Positions 47,979-60,585 of a stretch of DNA of 64,000 nucleotides are shown here, piece after piece. How positions within the stretch are numbered: position 1 is the first letter of the stretch; every line of letters starts with the position of its first letter. The position numbers were made by a program, and so were the translations under genes. The notes under the pieces are model-generated. The model did no database searches and was not told the origin of the DNA. It saw only the letters and a list, made by a program, of their open reading frames with translations. The stretch lies in the NCBI GenBank assembly GCA_003222205.1, contig QHVC01000043.1, forward strand, positions 1,944-65,943, written 5' to 3'. The stretch comes from Gemmatimonadota bacterium. Its GTDB lineage: Bacteria; Gemmatimonadota; Gemmatimonadetes; Gemmatimonadales; GWC2-71-9.

Positions 47979-48634
47979 AGATCGCGCCCGAGGGCCGGCC
48001 GTTCATCGCCCTGGGGTGGAGCCTCACGGCGTTAGCGTGGTGGGCCGCGTGGCGGGGGGGCTGGAGCGTCGGATGGAGCGTGGTCGCGGCGGTGCTCAGC
48101 CTCCTCGCGATCTGGCTGGTGGTGTTCTTTCGCGATCCCACCCGGGATGGCCCGCGCGGCGACGCGGTGGTGATCGCCCCGGCGGACGGCAAGGTCGTGG
48201 GCGTGGTCGAAGCCGACGAGCCGATGTACCTGAAGACCCGGGCGCTGCGCGTGTCCATCTTCATGAGTGTGTTCGACGTGCACGTGAACCGTTACCCGGT
48301 GTCCGGCACCATCGAGCTGGCGCATTACAACCCCGGCAAGTTCCTGCACGCGGCTCGGGAGAAAGCGAGCCTCGACAACGAGCAAGCGTCCGTCGGCCTG
48401 CGCGGCCGGCGCGGGCCCGTGCTGGTGCGTCAGATCGCCGGGTCGATCGCGCGCCGTATCGTCACCGACGGCAAGGTCGGTGACGCGGTGACGCAAGGTT
48501 CGCGTCTCGGGATGATTCGCTTCGGCTCGCGGGTGGATGTCTTTCTCCCTGTGACGGCGCGCGCGGCGGTGCGCGTGCGCCCCGGCGATCGCGTGGCGGC
48601 CGGGGCCACGGTGCTGGCGGAGTACGGGTCGTGA
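47975..48634 (+). CDS. psd: Phosphatidylserine decarboxylase family proenzyme (short form)
   Basis: GTG at 47975 overlaps the purC stop (GTGA). ..FFRDP.R......V..PADG.V.., ..HVNR.PV.G.. and the self-cleavage ..FGSRVD.. site (GS) are present. Confidence 0.85.
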   Translation: MKIAPEGRPFIALGWSLTALAWWAAWRGGWSVGWSVVAAVLSLLAIWLVVFFRDPTRDGPRGDAVVIAPADGKVVGVVEADEPMYLKTRALRVSIFMSVFDVHVNRYPVSGTIELAHYNPGKFLHAAREKASLDNEQASVGLRGRRGPVLVRQIAGSIARRIVTDGKVGDAVTQGSRLGMIRFGSRVDVFLPVTARAAVRVRPGDRVAAGATVLAEYGS

Positions 48635-49488
48635 GGCCGCCGGCGATCCGCCCCCCCAACATGCGGCGCGTCGTCATCGTCGTGCCGAGTCTGTTCACGC
48701 TGTTCAACCTGTTCTTCGGTATCTGGGCGATGGTACTGGCGGCGCGGGGTGAGTTCTACCGGGCGAGCTGGTTCATCGTCTTCGCCGGGATCCTGGACAC
48801 GCTGGACGGCCGGGTCGCCCGCCTGTCGAACACAGGGACGCGCTTCGGGGCTGAGCTCGACAGCCTCGTCGACGTGGTCAGCTTCGGCGTCGCGCCCGCG
48901 TTCCTGATGTACCAGCAGCATTTCGCCGCGGCCGGCGCGGCGGCGTGGATCTTCTGCTACTTCTACGTCATGGGCGCGGCGATCCGGCTGGCGCGATTCA
49001 ACATCACGCAGGCCGGCCGGGCCAAGACACACTTCATCGGCCTGCCGTCGCCGGCCGCCGGGATGACTCTCGCCACCTACTATCCGTTCTCGCAGACGGC
49101 GCTGTACCAGGAGCGACTCGCGCACTGGCCGTGGCCGCTGCTGCTCACGTTCCTGATGATCCTGCTGACGATCCTCATGGTCAGCAACGTGCGCTACGCG
49201 ACCCTCCCGCGCGCCGGGCTGCGGACCGTGCGTGGGCTCTTGGGACTGGCGGTCATCCTGTGTATCCTCATCTTCGGGATCTGGCGGCCCGACGAGTTCC
49301 TCTTCCCTCTGGGGATCACGTTCATGGCGTACGGCGTGCTGCGGGCCGCGGTGCTGGGACTGTTCGTCGGCCCCGAGGAGGACGAGGAGACGGAGATCGC
49401 CGGCCCCATCGTCCTCGGCGACACCGACCGCATCGGCGAAGCCTACGGGCCGCCGCGGCGCGGCATCTCGCCGCGCGGAGGGATCTGA
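48631..49488 (+). CDS. pssA: CDP-diacylglycerol--serine O-phosphatidyltransferase
   Basis: The CDP-alcohol phosphatidyltransferase motif is present: DTLDGRVARLSNTGTRFGAELDSLVD. Confidence 0.9.
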   Translation: MRPPAIRPPNMRRVVIVVPSLFTLFNLFFGIWAMVLAARGEFYRASWFIVFAGILDTLDGRVARLSNTGTRFGAELDSLVDVVSFGVAPAFLMYQQHFAAAGAAAWIFCYFYVMGAAIRLARFNITQAGRAKTHFIGLPSPAAGMTLATYYPFSQTALYQERLAHWPWPLLLTFLMILLTILMVSNVRYATLPRAGLRTVRGLLGLAVILCILIFGIWRPDEFLFPLGITFMAYGVLRAAVLGLFVGPEEDEETEIAGPIVLGDTDRIGEAYGPPRRGISPRGGI

Positions 49489-49754
49489 TGGCGCCGTTCC
49501 GCATCGAGGTGCGGGTGATGCCGCGGGCCGCGCTGCTCGACCCGCAGGGCCAGGCGGTGGAGCACGCGCTGCACGCGCTGGGGTTCCCCGAGGTGAGGCA
49601 GGCGCGGGTGGGCAAGCACCTTGTGCTCGAGGTGGAAGCGCCGACCCGTGAAGACGCTGCCGCGCGCGCCCGGGCCATGTGCGACCGGCTGCTCGCCAAC
49701 CCGGTGACGGAGGACTACCTACTCGCCGTGGACGGCGGGGGGAAAGGCGCGTGA
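49488..49754 (+). CDS. purS: Phosphoribosylformylglycinamidine synthase subunit PurS
   Basis: 88 aa; [29 protein letters not shown]...RVGK...LEV.. matches the PurS pattern. Confidence 0.88.
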   Translation: MAPFRIEVRVMPRAALLDPQGQAVEHALHALGFPEVRQARVGKHLVLEVEAPTREDAAARARAMCDRLLANPVTEDYLLAVDGGGKGA

Positions 49755-50470
49755 GCAAGCGCGTCGCGGTGGTGGTGTTTCCCGGGTCGAACTGCGACGC
49801 CGACACGCTCGCCGCCGCGCGGGCGGCCGGCTCGGACGCCTACTACGTGTGGCACCGCGACACCGACCTCCGCCAGGCGGACGTCGTCATCTTGCCGGGC
49901 GGGTTCAGCTACGGCGATTACCTGCGCTCAGGGGCGATCGCGCGTTTCTCCCCGGTGATGCGCGCCGTGGAAGCGCACGCGCTGGGAGGTGGACCGGTGC
50001 TGGGGATCTGCAACGGCTTCCAGATCCTGTGCGAAGCTGGCCTGCTCTCCGGCGGCCTGATGCGCAACGCCCGCCTCAAGTTTCTGTCCCGGCCGGTACG
50101 GGTGCGGGTGGAGGCGACCGACACGCCGTTCACGTGTCTGTCGACGACGGGCGAGGAGCTGGTGCTGCCGATCGCGCACGGCGATGGACGCTACGTGGCC
50201 GACGCGCACACCGCAGCCGAGCTCGAAGCCGACGCGCGGGTGGTGTGGCGGTACGTGGGGGACAACCCCAACGGATCGACGAACGACATCGCGGGAATCT
50301 GCAGCGTGGCGCGCAACGTGGTGGGCATCATGCCCCATCCGGAGCGTCGCAACGAGGCACTGTTGGGCGGCCCGGACGGCGCCCGCGTCTTCCAGTCCAT
50401 GGAGGCTGGTCATGCGACGCAGCACGCTGGCGCTCTTCGCGCTGTTGGCGGTCGCCACGACGGGATGTGA
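49751..50470 (+). CDS. purQ: Phosphoribosylformylglycinamidine synthase glutaminase subunit PurQ
   Basis: ..[11 protein letters not shown].., ..[16 protein letters not shown].., the catalytic GICNGFQ and ..MPHPER are present. GTG overlaps the purS stop. Confidence 0.92.
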   Translation: MSKRVAVVVFPGSNCDADTLAAARAAGSDAYYVWHRDTDLRQADVVILPGGFSYGDYLRSGAIARFSPVMRAVEAHALGGGPVLGICNGFQILCEAGLLSGGLMRNARLKFLSRPVRVRVEATDTPFTCLSTTGEELVLPIAHGDGRYVADAHTAAELEADARVVWRYVGDNPNGSTNDIAGICSVARNVVGIMPHPERRNEALLGGPDGARVFQSMEAGHATQHAGALRAVGGRHDGM

Positions 50471-50981
50471 CAAGATCAAGCTGGCGATAGACAAGATCAA
50501 AGGGCGCAAACCAGCCCCCCAGGCCGCCGCGCGGCCAGCTGTCCCGTCCGGCGACACCGCCATACGGCCCGTTGTTCCCGCGCCGCGCCAGCCCGCGGCC
50601 CGCCCACCCACCCGGGAACCGTCGCCGTCAGTCGGGTCCCGCCCGCCACAGGCCCCGGTGGTTCCGCACCCCAATCGTGACGTCCCCTACGTCTCGGAGG
50701 ACACCGGCACCATCGCCCCGGGGATGGGCGAGCGGGACATTTATTCGATCTGGGGCCAGCCGATCGCGGTGCGGCGCGAGGGCGAGTACACCTACCTCTA
50801 CTTCCAGAACGGGTGCGAATGGACCTGCGGGATGCAGGACCTCGTGATCCTGCAGAACGGCAAGGTCGTGGACGCGGTACTGCGCTGGCCCGGCCACGGC
50901 TACAGCGGCGAGTCGTCCTCGCCGCCGGGGAAGAAGCCGGTGCCGAACCTGGGCGGCGACACGTTGCGCGTCAAGCAGTGA
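50412..50981 (+). CDS. Lipoprotein with BamE/SmpA_OmlA-like C-terminal domain
   Basis: GGAGG-N6-ATG. Lipobox ATTGC is followed by a Pro-rich linker and then ..[16 protein letters not shown]...EYTYLYF... The gene overlaps the purQ 3' end by 59 nt. Confidence 0.55.
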   Translation: MRRSTLALFALLAVATTGCDKIKLAIDKIKGRKPAPQAAARPAVPSGDTAIRPVVPAPRQPAARPPTREPSPSVGSRPPQAPVVPHPNRDVPYVSEDTGTIAPGMGERDIYSIWGQPIAVRREGEYTYLYFQNGCEWTCGMQDLVILQNGKVVDAVLRWPGHGYSGESSSPPGKKPVPNLGGDTLRVKQ

Positions 50982-50984
50982 GGA

Positions 50985-51317
50985 GTGATGACCGATAAGA
51001 AGCCCAGGAAGAACGAAGAGGAGTACTTCGCCAGGCGGGAGGCCGACCTGCTGCGCCAGCAGCGCGCGACCGCCCAGGAGGCCGCCGCCGCCGCCGCCCG
51101 GCGCTCGCATTACATGAAATGCCCGAAATGCGGCTACGACCTGATCACCGGTGAGTGGCACGGCGTCGAGATCGATCAGTGCACGCATTGCCACGGCCTC
51201 TGGTTCGATGCCGGCGAGGCGGAGTCCCTGCTCGACCATGAAGACCGCGGCATCTTCTCGCGCGTGTTCCGCGCGGTGTTGAAGGGCGTCAGCGGCGCCC
51301 GGGCGTCCGACACGTGA
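50985..51317 (+). CDS. Zinc-ribbon protein (zf-TFIIB-like, C4)
   Basis: 110 aa; CPKCG...........[16 protein letters not shown] is the C4 zinc-ribbon pattern of small bacterial zf-TFIIB-type proteins. Confidence 0.65.
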   Translation: MMTDKKPRKNEEEYFARREADLLRQQRATAQEAAAAAARRSHYMKCPKCGYDLITGEWHGVEIDQCTHCHGLWFDAGEAESLLDHEDRGIFSRVFRAVLKGVSGARASDT

Positions 51318-53587
51318 CCGGGGGCCCCCCCCCCACGCCCTTCCCGGGCGACCCCCCGATCACCCTGGCGCTGGTTCGCGAGCACAACCTCACCTCCGAC
51401 GAGTACCGCCGCATCGAGGCGCTCCTGGGTCGCGCGCCCACGTTCGCCGAGCTTGGCATTTTCTCCGCGCTGTGGAGCGAGCACTGCTCCTACAAGCACA
51501 GCAAGTCCGTCCTCAAGACGTTGCCGGTGACCGGTCCTCAAGTGGTCCAGGGCCCGGGGGAGAACGCGGGCGTCCTGCGCCTTCCGCACGGCTGGGCGGT
51601 CGCCTTCAAGATCGAGTCTCACAACCACCCCTCCGCCGTCGAGCCGTACCAGGGGGCCGCCACCGGCGCCGGCGGCATCCTGCGCGACGTGTTCACCATG
51701 GGTGCCCGGCCCGTCGCGCTCCTGAACAGTCTGCGCTTCGGGTCCCTCGACGACGCGCGCAACCGCTATCTGTTCGGCGGCGTCGTGCGCGGCATCGGGG
51801 ACTACGGCAACTGCGTCGGCATCCCGACTCTGGGCGGCGAGGTGGACTTCGGCGCGGGCTATGCCGGCAACCCGCTCGTCAACGCGATGTGCGTCGGACT
51901 GCTCAAGGAACGCGACTTGATCCGCGCCCGCGCCCACGGCGTCGGCAACGTGCTGTTGTGCGTGGGGTCACGCACCGGCCGCGACGGCATCCACGGCGCC
52001 TCGTTCGCCTCCGAAGAGCTGACCCGCGAGAGCGAACAGCGCCGCCCCCAGGTTCAGGTCGGCGATCCGTTCACGGAGAAGCTGCTCCTCGAGGCGAGCC
52101 TCGAGCTCATCGCCTCGGGGCATATCGTGGCGATCCAGGACATGGGCGCGGCGGGGCTCACGTCGTCGTCGGCCGAGATGGCGGCCCGCGGCGGCGTCGG
52201 GGTCGAGATCGATCTGGCGCTCGTGCCGACGCGCGAGCCGGGGATGACGCCCTACGAGATCCTGCTCTCCGAATCCCAGGAGCGCATGCTGGTCGTCGCC
52301 AAACCGGACCGTCTCGCGGAGGTCCGGGCGATCGCCGCCAAGTGGGAGCTCGACGCCACGCCGGTCGGCCGCGTCACCGACGACGGCATGTATCGCTGTC
52401 GCTGGAAGGATCAGGTCGTGGTGGAGATTCCGGGTCGGCCCCTGGTCGAGGACTCCCCCGTGTGTCACCCGGAGGCGCGCGAGGACGAAGCGATCGCCCG
52501 CCTGCGGTCGTCGCGCCCCACGCCCCACACCCCACTCCCCACGCCTGAAGAGTGTCTCCTGCGCCTGCTCGACTCACCCTCCATCGCCTCGAAGCGCTGG
52601 GTGTTCGAGCAGTACGACTCGACGGTGCAGGCGAGCACGGTGATCGCGCCGGGAGGAGACGCCGGGGTGCTACGCGTGCGCGGGGAGGCGTTCGGCGTCG
52701 CGGTGAGCACCGACGGCAACGCGCGCTATGTGCTCCTCGATCCCTATGAGGGAGGCAAGGCGGCCGTGGCGGAGGCGGCCCGCAACGTGGCCTGCACGGG
52801 GGCACGACCGCTGGGCATCACCAACTGCCTGAACTTCGGCAACCCCGAGCGGCCCGCCGTGTTCCAGCAGTTCAAGGAGGCCTGCCGCGGCATCGCGGAC
52901 GCGTGCCGGGCGCTGGGGACGCCGGTCACGGGCGGCAACGTCTCTTTCTATAATGAAAGCCCGACCGGCGCCGTCCCCCCGACGCCGGTGATCGGCATGG
53001 TGGGGCTGCTCCCGCGGGTCGACCACGCCGTCCCCAGCTTCGCGCGCGCCGCAGGCGACGCGGTCCTCGTGCTCGGCAGCACGCGCGCGGAGCTGGGCGG
53101 CTCGGCGCTGTGGGAAGCGGTGCTGGGCTTTACCGGCGGAGAGCCGCCGCGGGTCGACCTCGAGGCCGAGCGCCGCCTCGTCGACCTGCTCGTGACCGCC
53201 GCCGAGCGCGGGTTGCTGCGCTCCGCGCACGACTGCTCGCACGGTGGGCTGGCGGTCGCCCTGGCTGAAGTGGCGATGGGCGGGCCGTACGAGGAGCACC
53301 CCTTCGGGCTCGACGTCGACCTTACGTCGTACGCCGCACGACTTAGTCCTTACGAATTGCTGTTTAGCGAGTCGCACGGGCGAGCGGTCGTCACGTGTGC
53401 GCAGGATCGCGCGGCGGTGGTCGTAGCGCTCGCCGCGGAGCTCGGGGTTCCCGTGCACCGCGCCGGCGTGGTCGGCGCTCCGAATGGCACGTTCCGCGTC
53501 ACGCTGCGCGACGGCCAGATCGCCCGCCCTGTCGCGGCGCTGCGCAGGGTATATTTCGAAGCAATCCCGCGGCGCATGGGAGACTAG
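51314..53587 (+). CDS. purL: Phosphoribosylformylglycinamidine synthase subunit PurL
   Basis: ..[29 protein letters not shown].. and ..[23 protein letters not shown].. are present. GTG overlaps the upstream stop. Confidence 0.93.
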   Translation: MTGGPPPTPFPGDPPITLALVREHNLTSDEYRRIEALLGRAPTFAELGIFSALWSEHCSYKHSKSVLKTLPVTGPQVVQGPGENAGVLRLPHGWAVAFKIESHNHPSAVEPYQGAATGAGGILRDVFTMGARPVALLNSLRFGSLDDARNRYLFGGVVRGIGDYGNCVGIPTLGGEVDFGAGYAGNPLVNAMCVGLLKERDLIRARAHGVGNVLLCVGSRTGRDGIHGASFASEELTRESEQRRPQVQVGDPFTEKLLLEASLELIASGHIVAIQDMGAAGLTSSSAEMAARGGVGVEIDLALVPTREPGMTPYEILLSESQERMLVVAKPDRLAEVRAIAAKWELDATPVGRVTDDGMYRCRWKDQVVVEIPGRPLVEDSPVCHPEAREDEAIARLRSSRPTPHTPLPTPEECLLRLLDSPSIASKRWVFEQYDSTVQASTVIAPGGDAGVLRVRGEAFGVAVSTDGNARYVLLDPYEGGKAAVAEAARNVACTGARPLGITNCLNFGNPERPAVFQQFKEACRGIADACRALGTPVTGGNVSFYNESPTGAVPPTPVIGMVGLLPRVDHAVPSFARAAGDAVLVLGSTRAELGGSALWEAVLGFTGGEPPRVDLEAERRLVDLLVTAAERGLLRSAHDCSHGGLAVALAEVAMGGPYEEHPFGLDVDLTSYAARLSPYELLFSESHGRAVVTCAQDRAAVVVALAAELGVPVHRAGVVGAPNGTFRVTLRDGQIARPVAALRRVYFEAIPRRMGD

Positions 53588-53588
53588 G

Positions 53589-54989
53589 ATGTGCGGCATC
53601 ATCGGCGTTTCGGGCCTCGCGGAAGCCGCCCGGCTCGCGTACCTCGGCCTCTACAGCCTGCAGCATCGCGGCCAGGAATCGGCTGGCGTGGTGGCGGTGG
53701 ACGGGGAGGGCGTCGCCCGTGCCCATCGCGGCATGGGCCTGGTCGCCGAGATCTTCAACGAGCAGATCATCGCCGGGCTCCCCGGCGACGTCGCCATCGC
53801 CCACACGCGCTACTCCACCGCCGGCACCTCGGTACTCGCCAACGCCCAGCCGGTACTGGCCGGCTACCGCGAAGGTCCGCTGGCGCTCGCCCACAACGGC
53901 AACCTCACCAACGCCGTGCAGCTGCGCAGTGACCTCGTCGCCAAAGGCTCGATTTTCCAGACCAGCTCCGACAGCGAGGTGCTCGTGCACCTCATCGCCC
54001 GCTCCGAGGCCCGCGAGCCGGAGGATCAGCTGCTCGACGCGCTGGAGCGGGTCGAGGGCGCGTACTCGCTGGTGATCACCGTCGGCCGCACGCTGTACGC
54101 GATCGTCGACCCGCGCGGCTTCCGCCCGCTGTGGCTCGGCCGTCTGGGAGCGGGCCACGTCGTCGCGTCCGAGACGTGCGCGTTCGACCTCATCGGCGCG
54201 AAGGCGGTGCGCGAGCTGCAGCCCGGCGATTTCGTCCGCATCCGCGACGGCAAGGTCGAGCGGCTCCCCTCGTTGCCCCCCAAGCCGGCGCGGCGCTGCG
54301 TCTTCGAGCTGGTGTATTTCTCCCGGCCCGACAGCACCATTTTCGGCCGCTCCGTGGACCGCGTGCGCCGGGCGCTGGGGCGCGAGCTCGCGCGCGAGCA
54401 GCCCACTCCCGGCGCCGACTGCGTGTTCTCCGTTCCCGATTCCTCCAACGCGATGGCTCTGGGCTACGCCGAGGAATCGGGCCTGAAGCTCGAGCACGCG
54501 TTGATCCGCAATCACTACATCGGACGCACGTTCATTCACCCGGCGCAGCAGATCCGCAGCTCCGCGGTGAAGATCAAGTTCAACCCGGTGCGCGAGGTGC
54601 TCGAAGGCAAGAAGGTCGTGGTGGTGGACGACTCGCTCGTGCGCGGCACGACGAGCAAGGAGCTGGTGCAGATGATCCGCCAGGCGGGGGCGCGCGAAGT
54701 GCACTTCCGCGTCGCCTCCGCGCCGATCACGGGGCCGTGCCACTACGGCATCGACACCCCGACCCGCGAGGAGCTGATCGCGGCCAGCCACTCGGTCGAC
54801 GAGATCCGCGCCCACCTGGGCGTCGAATCACTGGGCTATCTCTCCCTGGACGGGATGCTGCGGGCCGCCGGCGGCGACCCCGGTGAATTCTGCCACGCGT
54901 GCTTCTCCGGCGACTACCCGACCACCATCCCCGAGGACCTCGCGGCCAACCGGCACGCGGCCCCGCTCGCGACGGCGGTCACGCCGTAG
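53589..54989 (+). CDS. purF: Amidophosphoribosyltransferase
   Basis: MCGIIG is the N-terminal nucleophile Cys. ..LQHRGQESAG.., ..HTRYSTAG.. and the PRPP motif ..VVVVDDSLVRGTT.. are present. Confidence 0.93.
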   Translation: MCGIIGVSGLAEAARLAYLGLYSLQHRGQESAGVVAVDGEGVARAHRGMGLVAEIFNEQIIAGLPGDVAIAHTRYSTAGTSVLANAQPVLAGYREGPLALAHNGNLTNAVQLRSDLVAKGSIFQTSSDSEVLVHLIARSEAREPEDQLLDALERVEGAYSLVITVGRTLYAIVDPRGFRPLWLGRLGAGHVVASETCAFDLIGAKAVRELQPGDFVRIRDGKVERLPSLPPKPARRCVFELVYFSRPDSTIFGRSVDRVRRALGRELAREQPTPGADCVFSVPDSSNAMALGYAEESGLKLEHALIRNHYIGRTFIHPAQQIRSSAVKIKFNPVREVLEGKKVVVVDDSLVRGTTSKELVQMIRQAGAREVHFRVASAPITGPCHYGIDTPTREELIAASHSVDEIRAHLGVESLGYLSLDGMLRAAGGDPGEFCHACFSGDYPTTIPEDLAANRHAAPLATAVTP

Positions 54990-54993
54990 ACCG

Positions 54994-57646
<2,653 letters not shown>

Positions 57647-57657
<11 letters not shown>

Positions 57658-58330
57658 TCAGCATCCCCAACAACAGGATCGGCGACGAGAGCAGCACGAG
57701 GCCCACGACATAGGCCAGAGCGGTCATAGTTATCGCGCTCCCTCGTGCAGTCCCGTGTGTGACCGAGATCCCCGTCCCACAAAGCCAGACCCCCCAAACA
57801 GAGAATGGATTAATACCGTTCAGCACCGCGCCGACGAACAGCCCCGCCCCCGGCGCCAGCAGGTCTAGTCCGAGCGGCGGCCGGAGGTCAGCGAAGGACG
57901 ACACCGACTCGACGCCCCGCACGTTCAGCACAATCCAGCTGATCGCTCCGAAGATCGCGTAAGTAATCGCACCATGGGCGAGGATGCTGAGCAGGGTCTT
58001 GTAGCGCGCCTGCGTGCCGGTGATCGCGACGCCGATCCACAGGAGTCCTGCACCGGCCGCGAGCGCGATGAAACACACGATCGGGGTACCGATCACGACC
58101 TTCACGATCGACTGTCCCGGACTGCCCATGCGCGCGGCCTGTTCGGCCGGCAGTGTCGCACGAAATGCCTCCATCGCCGCGTTTTGATAAGGCCGGCTCA
58201 GCAGCGACAGTACGAGCAGCAGCGCGGAGAGCACCAGCCAGGCGACGACGAACCGCGGCCGTTCCTTGATGCGACCGAAGACCGCCTGAGGCTCCCACAG
58301 CACTCTGAACATGTCGAGCACCGCGTCCAT
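57647..58330 (-). CDS. Yip1-domain membrane protein
   Basis: ATG at 58330. ..VLWEPQAVFGRIKERPRF..AWLVL.. is followed by 5 TM helices. GC is lower than in neighbours. Confidence 0.6.
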
Positions 58331-58396
58331 GCCGTTCCTCCCGCGCGAAGGTTCGCCTTGCTGGCCCGCCGGACGGCGCACAATATACGTGCCGCC

Positions 58397-59317
58397 ATGC
58401 AAGCGTTCTACGCCGATCACTTCGTCCTGCCGCTGCCGCCGGGGCACCGCTTCCCGATGGCGAAGTATGCGCTGCTCCGGGAGCGCGTCGTGGCGGCCGG
58501 GGTGGTCGCGCCCGCCGACCTCCACGTCCCCGCGCCGGCCACCGATGCGACCCTAACGCGGGTCCACACCGCGGAGTACGTGCGAAGGATTCAGGATGGT
58601 CGCGTCGCCGCCGCGGAGGCGCGGCGCATCGGATTCCCGTGGTCGCCCGAGATGGTGGAGCGGTCGCGCCGGTCGGCGGGCGGGACCGTCGCCGCGTGCC
58701 GCGCCGCGCTCGAGGACGGCGTGGCGGTGAACCTCGCCGGCGGGACGCACCACGCCTTCCCCGACCGTGGCGAGGGGTTCTGCGTCTTCAACGACACAGC
58801 GGTCGCCACGCGGGCGATGCAGGCGGAGGGCCGGGCGCGCCGCATCCTGATCATCGATTGCGACGTGCACCAGGGGAACGGCACCGCCGCGATCTTCGCG
58901 GACGACGACACCGTGTTCACCTTCGATATCTACGCCGCCAAGAATTTTCCCTTCGAGAAGCAGCCTGCCGACGTCGCGATCCCGCTCGCCGATCGCACGG
59001 GGGACACATGCTACCTCGATTACCTGGAGATGGGTCTCGAGCGCGCGGTGACAGGCGCCCGCGCCGACCTGGCGATCTACGTCTCGGGCGCGGACCCCTA
59101 TGCGGGTGACCGGTTGGGGCGCCTGGCCCTTAGTAAGGAAGGCCTGGCCGACCGGGACCGGCTGGTGTTCGCGACGTGCCGCCGGGCGGGCCTGCCGGTG
59201 GCCGTCACGATGGCGGGCGGGTACGGGCGGGACGTGAGCGACACCGTGGACATCCACTGCCGCACGGTGCAGCTGGCGGCGGGCCTTGACCCTTTCCCAC
59301 CGACGGGGGTACGGTAA
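58397..59317 (+). CDS. Histone deacetylase-family (class II-like) deacetylase/amidohydrolase
   Basis: ..NLAGGTHHAFPDRGEGFCVFND.., ..IIDCDVHQGNGT.. and ..SGADPYAGD.LG.L.LS.. form the HDAC zinc-site pattern. Confidence 0.88.
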   Translation: MQAFYADHFVLPLPPGHRFPMAKYALLRERVVAAGVVAPADLHVPAPATDATLTRVHTAEYVRRIQDGRVAAAEARRIGFPWSPEMVERSRRSAGGTVAACRAALEDGVAVNLAGGTHHAFPDRGEGFCVFNDTAVATRAMQAEGRARRILIIDCDVHQGNGTAAIFADDDTVFTFDIYAAKNFPFEKQPADVAIPLADRTGDTCYLDYLEMGLERAVTGARADLAIYVSGADPYAGDRLGRLALSKEGLADRDRLVFATCRRAGLPVAVTMAGGYGRDVSDTVDIHCRTVQLAAGLDPFPPTGVR

Positions 59318-59330
59318 GGCCAAGGGGCTC

Positions 59331-60572
59331 ATGGTTCTTCCGCTCGTTCTAAGGCTCGCGCTACTCACCCAGGCGCCCGTTCTCTCCGCGGCCGCCGCGC
59401 ACGCCGCGCCGACCATCAACGCTGCCTCCGTCCGTGTCTGGTTATCCGACAGCAAGTTTCAGGTCGGCGCACGCGCGCGGGTGTTCGTGAACCTCCGCGA
59501 CCCGGGCTATCTCGTCGTCCTGCACGCCGATGCGGCCGGCCGAGTCCGCGTGCTGTTTCCGCGGAGCCCGGACGAATCCGCCCAGGCGCCGGCGGGCGCC
59601 ACGCTGGAGGTCGCGGCGTCGAACGACCGCGCGGCGTTCGTGGTGCCGGCGGGGAGCGGTGTGGGGACGGTGGTCGCGGTGCGCTCGCGCACCCCGTTCG
59701 AGTTCGACGAGCTGCGCGATGCGGACGGCTGGGACTACGCGAACGCTCTGCTCTTCCAGCCGACGGCGGGGAACCCGCTCGCCGCGCTGCTGGACATCGC
59801 CGATCGCATGGCGGGCGGCGCTCGCTATCAGTACGACATGGCGGAGTATCGCACTCCGCAGACCGCGGCGATGCTCGCGTTCCAGGATGAAGTGCCGTGG
59901 AGCGGCTCCGGATCAGGCTCCTACTATCCGGACCAACCGGCCGCGCCGCCGGCGGCGACGGTCGTGGAGCAGACCAACTCCGTCGACTGCTCCAACGCGA
60001 ATCTCGTGGACTCGTTCTGCGGCGTGATCGACAATCATGTGACGAACATCTATCAGCAGCAAGCCGAGCCGGCGCCAGCGCCGGCCTACGTCCCCTATTA
60101 CATCCCGTTCTTCGTCCCGCGGCGGCACCGGTTCAGTCGGGACTCCCAGCCGCCGCGCCCGCAACCGGCGATCGCGCTGGCGGTGAACCTGCGGGCGCTG
60201 CGCACCACAATGGTCCCGCCGCGCCAGCGTGAGCCGGCGCCCATCCGCGTGCGGCAGCCCTACGCGCCGAGTCATCTGTCGCCGCCGGAGCAGGAGGCAC
60301 CCCCCGCGAGCCCGCGCGTTCAGATCATCAGCAACATGCCGATGGGAACTGCGAGCGCCGAATCCGCGACACCAGGTCGAGTGATGCTGGTGCATTCGGT
60401 GCCGGCAGGCGTGGCGGTGTGGCGCGGGGCCGCGGCCGGTGAACCGCCCACCGCGGCGGCTCGCCAGGAAGTCACCGGCAGTAGTTCCTCAGGAACCAGC
60501 GCGTTCGCGCGCCCGGTACCGCTCCGGGTGGGTGGGACGGTCCCCTACCGCGGAGCGGTGCGACACCGCTAA
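59331..60572 (+). CDS. Secreted DUF4384-domain protein with Pro-rich C-terminal half
   Basis: AAGGGG-N5-ATG followed by a signal peptide. ..VGARARVFVNLRDPGYLVVLHADAAGRVRVLFP.. is the DUF4384 signature. Confidence 0.6.
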   Translation: MVLPLVLRLALLTQAPVLSAAAAHAAPTINAASVRVWLSDSKFQVGARARVFVNLRDPGYLVVLHADAAGRVRVLFPRSPDESAQAPAGATLEVAASNDRAAFVVPAGSGVGTVVAVRSRTPFEFDELRDADGWDYANALLFQPTAGNPLAALLDIADRMAGGARYQYDMAEYRTPQTAAMLAFQDEVPWSGSGSGSYYPDQPAAPPAATVVEQTNSVDCSNANLVDSFCGVIDNHVTNIYQQQAEPAPAPAYVPYYIPFFVPRRHRFSRDSQPPRPQPAIALAVNLRALRTTMVPPRQREPAPIRVRQPYAPSHLSPPEQEAPPASPRVQIISNMPMGTASAESATPGRVMLVHSVPAGVAVWRGAAAGEPPTAAARQEVTGSSSSGTSAFARPVPLRVGGTVPYRGAVRHR

Positions 60573-60585
60573 GAAGTCGTTGGTC

